Assembly (NCBI GenBank): GCA_019421005.1
Contig: JAHZGA010000001.1
Span: 38,265-102,264 of the forward strand
Direction of reading: 5' to 3'
DNA: 64,000 bases
DNA from: a bacterium
Lineage (GTDB): Bacteria; Bacillota_I; Bacilli_A; RF39; UBA660
Part shown: positions 33,845 to 42,587 of the stretch, in pieces
Position numbering within the stretch: position 1 is the first letter of the stretch
Layout of the letters: each line of letters starts with the position of its first letter
Notes under the pieces: model-generated
Seen by the model: only the letters and a program-made list of their open reading frames with translations
What the model was told of the DNA's origin: nothing
Databases searched by the model: none
Program-made: the position numbers and the translations under genes

Positions 33845-34028
33845 ATCTTACTCCTTATAACTAAAATTTATTTTTATTGGTAAAAATAGCAAAAACCAAA
33901 AATTCTTTTATATTATTATTTAATATATATTATTATTATTACTGTGGAAACTGTGGAAAACTTTATTTTTTTAATCAAAATAAGGCATTAATAACAATTT
34001 TTTACTGTGGAAAACGATTTAGTAATTG
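33845..34028. other. oriC right half: dnaA-dnaN intergenic region with DnaA boxes and an AT-rich unwinding element
   Basis: Three TGTGGAAA(A) boxes (rc of TTTTCCACA) at about 33943, 33952 and 34007. An almost pure AT tract ttatattattatttaatatatattattattatta lies at 33907-33941. Confidence 0.6.
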
Positions 34029-35378
34029 TTATTTAATCTGTTCTATTAACTTTTCCACCTCAATTTTAAATAATTTATCATTTTTTATTTCTTTTTTAAT
34101 TTTATCCACAGAGTGCATAACTGTAGTGTGATCTTTTCCACCAAATTCTAAACCAATTTTAGGTAAAGATTCTTCAAGTTCTGTTCTACATATATACATA
34201 GCAACTTGTCTAGGAATGGCAATTTTAGCAATTCTTTTTTTACTTTTTAAGTCATCTACAGTTATATTATAGTGATTGGCTACTAACATCATTACTTGTT
34301 CTACTTTATTTTTAGCCTGAATACTTTTTACAAAATAGTCTTTTAAAGCTTCATTAGCAAGTTCTAAATCAATATCTGATCCATTCATAATAGTTGCATA
34401 AGCTAAAACTCTTGTAATCGCACCTTCTAATTTTCGAATGTCGCTGGTGCAGTTACTTGCAATAAATTCTTTTACATCTTCGGGAAATTTAATAGATATA
34501 TTATGTTCTTCTATTTTCTTTGAAATTATATCCATTCTTAATTTAAAATCAGGTGGTAAAATATCAATTGTTAATCCCCAATTAAACCTTGTTCTTAAAC
34601 GTTCTTCTAATTTTTTTAAATCATCTGGTGATCTATCAGAAGAAATTATAATTTGTTTATTATTTTGATGTAATTCATTAAAAGTGTTAAAAAATTCTTG
34701 TTGAGTTGTATTAGCAATTTCTAAATACTGAATATCATCAATCATTAAGACATCAATATTACGATACTTATTTTTAAAATTATCAGTCATTTCAAAGTTA
34801 TTTTCTTTACTACGTTTACATATTTGTAAAAAGTCATTAACAAATTTTTCACTAGTAACATATAAAACTTTAAGATGGCTATTTTTAACAATATAATTAC
34901 CAATTGCCTGCATTAAATGAGTTTTCCCCAGCCCACTTTTACTATATAGAAATAAAGGATTATACATAGAACCAGGTTTTTCAGCAACAGCTAAAGCAGT
35001 GGCTTTGGCAAATCTATTACTCTTCCCTACTATAAAATTATCAAAAGTATATCTTGAGTCTAAATTGCTTTCAAAATTTGCATTTGAAGGAACACCAATT
35101 GCATCAGCATCAACATTAACATTATTATTAACCTCTTCTTCAATTACATATTCAAATTTAAAGTTTGAACCAGTTATTTCAGTAAAAACCTCTTCCACTA
35201 ATTCATTATAATTTTCCTTTAAATGTTTTTTATGAACATGCATAGGAACTAAAACAGTTGCAGTATCATCTTTTAAATCGATAAGTTTAGTATCCAAAAA
35301 CCATGTTTCAAATAACATTGGGGATAAATTTTCTTGTATTTTTTGCAAAAATTGCTTCCAAATAGTATTAGTATCCAT
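34029..35378 (-). CDS. dnaA: Chromosomal replication initiator DnaA
   Basis: AAA+ Walker A GKSGLGKTHL, the sensor, and the C-terminal DnaA-box-binding HTH ..DHTTVMH. Confidence 0.95.
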   Translation of the reverse strand: MDTNTIWKQFLQKIQENLSPMLFETWFLDTKLIDLKDDTATVLVPMHVHKKHLKENYNELVEEVFTEITGSNFKFEYVIEEEVNNNVNVDADAIGVPSNANFESNLDSRYTFDNFIVGKSNRFAKATALAVAEKPGSMYNPLFLYSKSGLGKTHLMQAIGNYIVKNSHLKVLYVTSEKFVNDFLQICKRSKENNFEMTDNFKNKYRNIDVLMIDDIQYLEIANTTQQEFFNTFNELHQNNKQIIISSDRSPDDLKKLEERLRTRFNWGLTIDILPPDFKLRMDIISKKIEEHNISIKFPEDVKEFIASNCTSDIRKLEGAITRVLAYATIMNGSDIDLELANEALKDYFVKSIQAKNKVEQVMMLVANHYNITVDDLKSKKRIAKIAIPRQVAMYICRTELEESLPKIGLEFGGKDHTTVMHSVDKIKKEIKNDKLFKIEVEKLIEQIK

Positions 35379-35439
35379 ATATTCACCTCAATCACATATC
35401 CATTTTACCTTATTTTTAAACAAAAATAAAGACATTTCC

Positions 35440-35650
35440 ACAAAAAAATGTGGAAAAAAGTTTTCCACATGTGAAATAAAAATTAAAAATTAAAAGTTTT
35501 CCACAATTGTGTGGAAAAGTATAAATACATCAAAAATTATAATATGTTTAGTTGTGGTGTAAAAAAAATCATGAAAATTAAGTAATATTTAAAAAATGGC
35601 AAATATTAGAATGTTAAAAATATTTTTCCACATATGCTGTGGATAAGTTA
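35440..35650. other. oriC left half: DnaA-box cluster upstream of dnaA
   Basis: At least seven TTTTCCACA/TGTGGAAAA boxes in both orientations (35445, 35459, 35461, 35497, 35510, 35625). One perfect consensus TTATCCACA (CTGTGGATAAG, 35637-35648) is followed by an AT-rich tract. Confidence 0.65.
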
Positions 35651-35730
35651 ATTTAATGGTTGAAAACATTGGAAAAATGCCTGTCTATTACATATATTTG
35701 AAAGAAAAATCATAAATTTAGAAAAAAACA

Positions 35731-35759
35731 TCAAAAAAAATTGACAAATATAGCAAAAA
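35731..35759 (+). promoter_or_regulatory. Perfect-consensus sigma-A promoter of the rpmH-rnpA operon
   Basis: TTGACA-17-TATAAT. Confidence 0.6.
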
Positions 35760-35808
35760 TATATATAATTATTGTCAGCTGTTAAATTTAACTCAGGAGG
35801 TGTTATAG

Positions 35809-35931
35809 ATGAAAAGAACTTATCAACCAAATAATCGTAAGAAAAGTAAAAAACATGGCTTTTTTGCTCGTATGAAAACAAATATTATTAATAAGAGAAG
35901 AAAAAAAGGTCGTAAAGTTTTATCTCATTAA
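35809..35931 (+). CDS. rpmH: 50S ribosomal protein L34
   Basis: Not in the ORF track because it is only 40 aa: [49 protein letters not shown]. Confidence 0.9.
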   Translation: MKRTYQPNNRKKSKKHGFFARMKTNIINKRRKKGRKVLSH

Positions 35932-35955
35932 GCCATCATAAGCGATGGCTTTTTG
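35931..35955 (+). terminator. Hairpin plus T-run after rpmH (terminator/attenuator)
   Basis: AGCCATC-ataagc-GATGGCT followed by TTTTT. Confidence 0.5.
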
Positions 35956-35973
35956 TTAAAGGTTGTGTTTATT

Positions 35974-36312
35974 ATGAAAAAAATTAACATTTTAAAGAAT
36001 AATAGAGATTTTAATCGAATTATCAATAATACAAAACCAATAAAAAGTAATAACTTTATTATATATGTGGAAAAAGTAAATGAACCATCATATCATTTTG
36101 GTTTTTCGGTTGGAAAAAAAATAGGAACAGCTGTGATGAGAAATAGAATAAAAAGGCAACTAAAAAGTATAATAGATAAGAAAAAATACATTAATGGATT
36201 TAATTGTATTGTAATTGCGAAAAAAAAAGTTCTATCACTTACATATAATGAAATGAAAGATGAACTTTTAAAAATATTAGAAAATATAAAAATTATAGAA
36301 GGAGAAAAATAA
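35974..36312 (+). CDS. rnpA: Ribonuclease P protein component
   Basis: Basic protein of about 112 aa with ..FGFSVGKK.G.AV.RNRIKR.. (the RNR motif), positioned after rpmH. Confidence 0.8.
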   Translation: MKKINILKNNRDFNRIINNTKPIKSNNFIIYVEKVNEPSYHFGFSVGKKIGTAVMRNRIKRQLKSIIDKKKYINGFNCIVIAKKKVLSLTYNEMKDELLKILENIKIIEGEK

Positions 36313-37241
36313 TGCCTAAAAGAATTTTAAAATTTATTGCTATATTTATATTGATGTTAACCTTAACAGGATGTACTAAATATTTAAAGGATGATGATAA
36401 AAAACCAGTTACAAATGAATTAACTGGACAAAGATTGACTGAAAATATTCTTTGTCAGCCAAAAGAAAAAGAAGTTATTAAAATTTATGAAAAACATGAT
36501 TACAATTTAGAAAAATTACCAGATTGTAATGAAATGAAAATATTTTCAGGTGGTTATGAGGGAATATGGACAACAATTTTTGTTAAACCCCTAGCCTATT
36601 TAATTGTATCATTAGGTACATTTGTTAAAAATTATGGTTTAGCTATAATAATTCTTACTTTAATTATTAGATTAATTTTATTACCTATTACTAAAAAAAC
36701 AGCTATGCAATCAGAAAATATGAAATTAGCCAAACCAGATTTAGATAAGTTAGAAAAGAAATATCGTGGTAAAACCGATCAACAAAGTACTCAACAAAAA
36801 GCTCAAGAAACATTTATGATTTATAAAAAATATAATATAAATCCCCTATCTGGATGTTTATTTGCTTTAATTCAAATTCCTCTTTTCTTTGCATTTTATG
36901 AATCACTAAATAGATTACCAGCCGTATTTGAAGAAAAGTTTTTATCTTTCCAATTAGGCACCAGCCCATTAGTTGGAATTTCAAATGGTTCATATCAATA
37001 TCTTTTAATAATTGCTCTTGTAATTTTAACAACTTATTTATCATTTAAATTAAATTCTACTGCATCTCCAACTCCTGAACAAGAAAAACAAATGAAGTTA
37101 ATGACAAATGTAATGGTTATAATGATTTCTTTTGCATCATTAACTATTTCAACAGGAATTGCAATTTATTGGATTGTCAACAGTACATTTACTATTGTTC
37201 AAAATTTATTGTTAAGGAGAAAGAAAAATGTTAAAGCATGA
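36312..37241 (+). CDS. yidC: Membrane protein insertase YidC/SpoIIIJ (lipoprotein type)
   Basis: Lipobox LTGC followed by a five-TM Oxa1-like core. Confidence 0.85.
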   Translation: MPKRILKFIAIFILMLTLTGCTKYLKDDDKKPVTNELTGQRLTENILCQPKEKEVIKIYEKHDYNLEKLPDCNEMKIFSGGYEGIWTTIFVKPLAYLIVSLGTFVKNYGLAIIILTLIIRLILLPITKKTAMQSENMKLAKPDLDKLEKKYRGKTDQQSTQQKAQETFMIYKKYNINPLSGCLFALIQIPLFFAFYESLNRLPAVFEEKFLSFQLGTSPLVGISNGSYQYLLIIALVILTTYLSFKLNSTASPTPEQEKQMKLMTNVMVIMISFASLTISTGIAIYWIVNSTFTIVQNLLLRRKKNVKA

Positions 37242-37839
37242 AATAATAAGTGGTAAAAACAAAGATGAAATTATTAAAGAATATTTAGAACAAAACAATT
37301 TAAAAGAAGATGATATTTATATTAATGAAAGTATTGTTACAGGAAAATTGTTCACATCAAAAAAATATGAATTAGAGATAATAAAAAAAGACGACATTAA
37401 AACATTTATTAAAGAATATTTTAATACTTTAGGAAAGTTAATGAACATATCTATTAAAGTAGAAATAAGAGTTGCTGATGATATTTATAATATCTTATTA
37501 ATAGCAGATAATAGTTCTATCATAATTGGAAAAGAAGGAAAAAATTTAGAGGCAATTCAAACATTATTAAGACAAACTATAAGTGCCCAAGTGAAAAACA
37601 AATTGAAAATAAATGTTGATGCTTCAGGTTATAAAGCTAAAAAGAATAAACATTTAGAACATGAAATTAGAAAAATAGCTTTAGAAATTGAAAAAACTAA
37701 ACTTGATGTTAAATTAGACCCAATGAATTCTTTTGAAAGAAGAATTGTTCATAATGTTATAAGTGAATATCAAAATTTAAGTACCACAAGTGTTGGTGAA
37801 GCACCTAATAGATATGTAATTATCAAATATGAAGACTAA
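37228..37839 (+). CDS. khpB: RNA-binding protein Jag/KhpB (Jag-N, KH and R3H domains)
   Basis: C-terminal R3H motif ..FERR.VH..I......TTSVGE.P.R.V.I, positioned after yidC. Confidence 0.8.
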   Translation: MLKHEIISGKNKDEIIKEYLEQNNLKEDDIYINESIVTGKLFTSKKYELEIIKKDDIKTFIKEYFNTLGKLMNISIKVEIRVADDIYNILLIADNSSIIIGKEGKNLEAIQTLLRQTISAQVKNKLKINVDASGYKAKKNKHLEHEIRKIALEIEKTKLDVKLDPMNSFERRIVHNVISEYQNLSTTSVGEAPNRYVIIKYED

Positions 37840-37927
37840 TAGTCTTTTTTTTGATTGAATTATTATAAAAGTATATTTATTTTAAAAGATAATTATAGTA
37901 TAATAATCATAGAAAGTTGGTTTTAAA

Positions 37928-38422
37928 ATGATAAATGATATTCAAACATTAAATAGCAATGTTAAAGATTTAAACAAAGATAATTTTTTATTCGCGCATT
38001 TTATTTTAGGAAAAAAAGAAATACCTTTTAATTCTGAAATTTTATTAGTTAATAATGTTTTAGATAAATCATTAGATTTAATATATAATGTTGAAAATAA
38101 TAATCAAACAATAAAATTTCCTATACAAAATGTTAAAAATATTTCCTATAAAACATTTACCAAAATTCAAAATATTCCTAAAAAAAATGAATCATATGAG
38201 TTAAAAAGTGTGTTATTATCAGCTGTGGTATTTGGAGGAAATCCAATGTTACAATTATTAGGAAATAGTATATTTAATTCTTTATTTGATCAAATAAAGA
38301 ATGGTTATAGTAAGGTTAGTTTCAATACATATTACGAAATTATTATTGAAATAGATGAACAAAAATATATTATAAATTCTTTAACTAATCCAGAAGAATT
38401 TATAAAGCAATTGAATTTATAA
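37928..38422 (+). CDS. Hypothetical soluble protein (164 aa) with no recognisable family
   Basis: A long ORF in a 25% GC genome, inserted in the normally tight jag-mnmE junction. A weak hairpin/T-run terminator lies downstream at 38432-38460. Confidence 0.45.
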   Translation: MINDIQTLNSNVKDLNKDNFLFAHFILGKKEIPFNSEILLVNNVLDKSLDLIYNVENNNQTIKFPIQNVKNISYKTFTKIQNIPKKNESYELKSVLLSAVVFGGNPMLQLLGNSIFNSLFDQIKNGYSKVSFNTYYEIIIEIDEQKYIINSLTNPEEFIKQLNL

Positions 38423-38520
38423 ATAAAAATCGTTTTTTATAGAAACGTTTTTTTATCTAAAAAAATATTTATAATTTAGAAAATAACTTTTAATTAAAGA
38501 AAAAATCAATTTAAAATAAT

Positions 38521-38549
38521 CTTGACTAATAACTATGATACTGATAGAA
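38521..38549 (+). promoter_or_regulatory. Sigma-A promoter of mnmE
   Basis: TTGACT-17-TAGAAT. Confidence 0.45.
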
Positions 38550-38558
38550 TAACATTTA

Positions 38559-39932
38559 GTGGAAAGGGATGATGAGGTTTTGAACGATACAATAGCAGCA
38601 ATATCAACATCTTTAGGAATAGGTGCAATATCTATAATACGGGTAAGTGGAACAGAAGCATTAGAAATAGTAAATAAAATTTTTTCAGGTAAGGATTTAA
38701 AAAAAGTTAAATCTCATACTATTCATTATGGTTATATTGTGGATAAAGATGAAAAAATTGATGAAGTTTTGGTAACTGTTTTATTAAGTCCAAAAACTTT
38801 TACAAGAGAAAATGTTGTTGAAATAAATGCTCATGGAGGAATAGCAACAACTAATAAAATATTAGAACTATTATTACTTAATGGGTGTAGATTAGCTGAA
38901 CCAGGTGAATTTACTAAAAGAGCATTTTTAAATGGAAGAATTGATTTAACGCAAGCTGAAGGTGTGATGAATTTAATAAATTCTAAAACTGAAAAAATGA
39001 TGAAAATGTCTTTAAATCAAGTAAGAGGTAATGTTTCTAATTTAGTAAAAGATTTAAGACAAAAAATATTAGAAATTTTAGCTAATATAGAAGTTAATAT
39101 AGATTATCCAGAATATGAAGATATAGAACAAGTAACAACAAAACATTTACAAGAATTACTTTATAGTATTAAAGAAAAATTAACTAAAATTTTAGATGAA
39201 AGCAAGAATGGTAGAATTTTAAAAGAAGGAATAACAGCTTCAATAGTAGGAAAACCTAATGTCGGAAAAAGTAGTTTATTAAATAAACTATTAGAATATG
39301 ATAAGGCTATTGTAACTGATATTGAAGGGACAACAAGAGATTGTGTTGAGGGAACTCTTAATATAAATGGTGTTTTGTTTAATTTTATTGATACAGCAGG
39401 AATAAGACAAACTGATGATGTAGTAGAAAAAATAGGTGTTAATAAAAGTTTAGAACTTATTAAAAATTCTAAAGTTGTAATTTATTTATTAAATAATAAT
39501 GAAGTTTTAACTGAAAATGAATTAGAAACAATAAAATCTTTAGATAAAAAAAATTCTATTATTATTGTTAATAAAATGGATTTACCAACTAAAATAGATT
39601 TTAATCAATTACCTGATAATGTAATTAAAATGAGTGTTTTAAATGATGAGGGAATAAATAAATTAAAAGAAAGACTTAAAACTTTATTTAATTTAGAAAG
39701 AATTGAAACTGAAGATATGACATATTTAACAAGTTCCAGGTCTTTAGCAATTATCAGACAATGTTTAGATAAAATAAAAGAAATTCAAAAAGGTATTGAT
39801 GATAATATTCCTGTTGATATTATTGAAATAGATATTAAAGAAATATGGAACCTTTTAGGAAAAATTATAGGTGAAACTTATGAAGATGAATTAATTGATC
39901 AATTATTTAGTCAATTTTGTTTAGGAAAGTAG
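38559..39932 (+). CDS. mnmE: tRNA modification GTPase MnmE (TrmE)
   Basis: G-domain motif GKPNVGKSSLLN, DTAGIR, and the C-terminal CLGK motif. Start is GTG 38559 or TTG 38580, uncertain. Confidence 0.9.
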   Translation: MERDDEVLNDTIAAISTSLGIGAISIIRVSGTEALEIVNKIFSGKDLKKVKSHTIHYGYIVDKDEKIDEVLVTVLLSPKTFTRENVVEINAHGGIATTNKILELLLLNGCRLAEPGEFTKRAFLNGRIDLTQAEGVMNLINSKTEKMMKMSLNQVRGNVSNLVKDLRQKILEILANIEVNIDYPEYEDIEQVTTKHLQELLYSIKEKLTKILDESKNGRILKEGITASIVGKPNVGKSSLLNKLLEYDKAIVTDIEGTTRDCVEGTLNINGVLFNFIDTAGIRQTDDVVEKIGVNKSLELIKNSKVVIYLLNNNEVLTENELETIKSLDKKNSIIIVNKMDLPTKIDFNQLPDNVIKMSVLNDEGINKLKERLKTLFNLERIETEDMTYLTSSRSLAIIRQCLDKIKEIQKGIDDNIPVDIIEIDIKEIWNLLGKIIGETYEDELIDQLFSQFCLGK

Positions 39933-39940
39933 ATGATGGT

Positions 39941-41806
39941 ATGAATTATGAAATAATAGTAGTTGGAGGAGGACATGCAGGTGTTGAGGCCGCTTTAGCA
40001 AGTGCCAGAAAAAATCATAAAACGTTATTGATAACGATGAATAAAAATAATATAGCTGATATGCCTTGTAATCCTTCAATAGGAGGAAGTGCCAAAGGAA
40101 TTGTTGTAAGGGAAATAGATGCTTTAGGTGGCCAAATGGGTAAAACCGCTGATAAAGCTCAAATTCAAATGAAAATGTTGAATTATAAAAAAGGTCCAGC
40201 TGTACGTGCCTTACGTGCCCAGGCGGATAAAATAACATATCCAAAAGAAATGATAAAAGTTTTAGAAAACACAGATAATTTAGAAATTCTAGAAGATACA
40301 GTTATTGATTTAATGGTTGAAGATAACAAAATTAAAGGTGTTGTAACTGAAGAAAAAGGTAAAATATTTTCTCAAGCAGTTATTTTAACAACAGGAACAT
40401 ATATGCGTTCAAATATTTTGATAGGAAGTAATAGAACTGTAAGTGGACCACATGGCGAAAAGACAAGTAAATTTTTAAGTGATTGCTTATCAAAGTTAGG
40501 ATTTAATATAGTAAGATTAAAAACAGGAACACCACCACGAATAGCAAAAGATAGTATTGATTTTTCTGTTTTAAAAGAAGAAAAAGGTGATAATAAAAAC
40601 TGGAGTTTTAGTTTTGATGAAATTAATAATTATGATGTTAATTCTCAAGTACCTTGTTATTTAACTTATACTAATGAAAATACCCATAATATAATTAAAG
40701 AAAATATTAATAAATCTAGTATGTATGGAGGCCTAGAGGGAAAATTAGGAATAGGTCCTAGATATTGTCCATCAATAGAAGATAAAATAGTTCGTTTTAG
40801 TGATAAAGAAAGACATCAATTATTTTTAGAACCAGTTAGTTTATATTATGATGAAATTTATTTACAAGGTTTTTCCACTAGTATGCCTGTTGAAATTCAA
40901 GAAAAAATGGTTCATAGTTTAAAAGGATTAGAAAATGCTAAAATATTAAAAAATGCTTATGCCATTGAATATGATGCTATTTATCCAACAATTTTAAAAC
41001 AAAGTTTAGAAACAAAATTAATAGAAAACTTATTCACTGCTGGTCAAATAAATGGTACCAGTGGTTATGAAGAAGCAGCATGTCAAGGTTTAATTGCAGG
41101 TATAAATGCCGGGTTAAAATTAGAAAAAAAAGAACCACTTATTTTGAAAAGAAGTGATGCTTATATAGGAGTTTTAATTGATGATTTAGTTACTAAAGGC
41201 ATCAGAGATCCTTATCGTTTATTAACATCAAGAGCTGAATATCGATTACTTTTAAGACATGATAATGCTGATTTAAGATTAAGAGAATATGGATACAAAG
41301 TAGGTTTAATTGATGAAGAAAGATATAATAAATATTTAGAAAAAAAGGATAAAATTGAAGAATTAACTAACATTTTAAAAGAAAAGAGATTAAATCCAAC
41401 TGAAGAAAACAATAACTTTTTAATAGAATTATCTTCATCACCTTTAAAAGATAGTATCAGTTTTTATGAATTATTAAAACGTCCTGAAATAAATCTTAAT
41501 AAACTTAAACCATTAATTAATTTAGATTATGATGATGATATAAATGAGCAAGTGGAAATAAATATTAAATATGAAGGATATATTAATAAAGCTAAAAAAG
41601 AAGCCCAAAAAATTATTGATTTAGAAAATAAAATCATTCCTGAAAATATCGATTATGATAAAGTTCAAAATATAGCTAGTGAAGCTAGACAAAAATTAAA
41701 GGAAGTAAGACCAACTTCAATTGGACAAGCATTAAGAATAAGTGGAGTTAATCCAACTGATATTTCACTTTTAACAGTTCATTTAAAAAGGAAAAATCAT
41801 GAGTGA
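39941..41806 (+). CDS. mnmG: tRNA uridine 5-carboxymethylaminomethyl modification enzyme MnmG (GidA)
   Basis: FAD motif VVGGGHAGVEAA. 622 aa. Confidence 0.9.
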   Translation: MNYEIIVVGGGHAGVEAALASARKNHKTLLITMNKNNIADMPCNPSIGGSAKGIVVREIDALGGQMGKTADKAQIQMKMLNYKKGPAVRALRAQADKITYPKEMIKVLENTDNLEILEDTVIDLMVEDNKIKGVVTEEKGKIFSQAVILTTGTYMRSNILIGSNRTVSGPHGEKTSKFLSDCLSKLGFNIVRLKTGTPPRIAKDSIDFSVLKEEKGDNKNWSFSFDEINNYDVNSQVPCYLTYTNENTHNIIKENINKSSMYGGLEGKLGIGPRYCPSIEDKIVRFSDKERHQLFLEPVSLYYDEIYLQGFSTSMPVEIQEKMVHSLKGLENAKILKNAYAIEYDAIYPTILKQSLETKLIENLFTAGQINGTSGYEEAACQGLIAGINAGLKLEKKEPLILKRSDAYIGVLIDDLVTKGIRDPYRLLTSRAEYRLLLRHDNADLRLREYGYKVGLIDEERYNKYLEKKDKIEELTNILKEKRLNPTEENNNFLIELSSSPLKDSISFYELLKRPEINLNKLKPLINLDYDDDINEQVEINIKYEGYINKAKKEAQKIIDLENKIIPENIDYDKVQNIASEARQKLKEVRPTSIGQALRISGVNPTDISLLTVHLKRKNHE

Positions 41807-42503
41807 TATTGAATTTATTAATTACTTAAAAGATTTAAAAATTAATTTAAGTGAAAAGCAGTTAAAACAATTTCAAAAATATTATGAATTGTTAGTAGAG
41901 TGGAATGAAAAAATAAATTTAACAGCTATAACTAAAAAGGAGGATGTTTATTTAAAACATTTTTATGACAGTGCTTGCATAGTAAAAGCTGTTGATTTAA
42001 ATAAAATATCAACTTTATGTGATGTAGGTTCTGGGGCAGGATTTCCTGGAATAGTTATTAAAATATTGTTTCCTAATGTAAAAGTTGTATTAGTAGACGC
42101 TTTAAATAAAAGAATAAACTTTTTAAAACTTGTAATTAAAGAATTAGATTTAAAATTAATTGAAGTTTATCATGAAAGAGCGGAAATATATGCATTAAAT
42201 AATCGTGAAAAATTTGAAGTTGTAACCGCTAGGGCCGTCGCACCTTTAAATATATTATCAGAATTATGTTTTCCACTAGTTTCATTAAATGGGTATTTTG
42301 TTCCATTAAAAGGTAATATTTCAAATGAAATAATTAATTTAGATAATATAATAAAAAAGTTAGGTGGTTCTAAAATTATAAAATATGAATTTACCTTACC
42401 AAAAGAAAATAGTCAAAGAACAATATTAAAAATAGAAAAAAAGTTTTCCACAGCTTTAAAATATCCAAGAAAATATAGTGAAATAAAAAAACATTCATTA
42501 TAA
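41799..42503 (+). CDS. rsmG: 16S rRNA (guanine527-N7)-methyltransferase RsmG (GidB)
   Basis: SAM motif DVGSGAGFPG, positioned after mnmG. Confidence 0.85.
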   Translation: MSDIEFINYLKDLKINLSEKQLKQFQKYYELLVEWNEKINLTAITKKEDVYLKHFYDSACIVKAVDLNKISTLCDVGSGAGFPGIVIKILFPNVKVVLVDALNKRINFLKLVIKELDLKLIEVYHERAEIYALNNREKFEVVTARAVAPLNILSELCFPLVSLNGYFVPLKGNISNEIINLDNIIKKLGGSKIIKYEFTLPKENSQRTILKIEKKFSTALKYPRKYSEIKKHSL

Positions 42504-42530
42504 AATGATGTGCTTTTTTTGTAAAATCAC

Positions 42531-42559
42531 TTGCAATATTTTCATCAATATAGTATTAT
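42531..42559 (+). promoter_or_regulatory. Sigma-A promoter of the noc-like gene
   Basis: TTGCAA-17-TATTAT. The ORF track's TTG 'start' at 42531 is actually the -35 element. Confidence 0.45.
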
Positions 42560-42587
42560 ATATATAAGAAAAAAAGGAGTGGGTAGC

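Noticed and set aside
35648-35881. 77-aa minus-strand ORF overlapping the rpmH promoter and 5' end.
   Set aside because: It overlaps a consensus promoter, a DnaA box and the conserved L34 gene on the other strand. It has no RBS and a low-complexity sequence, so it is spurious.
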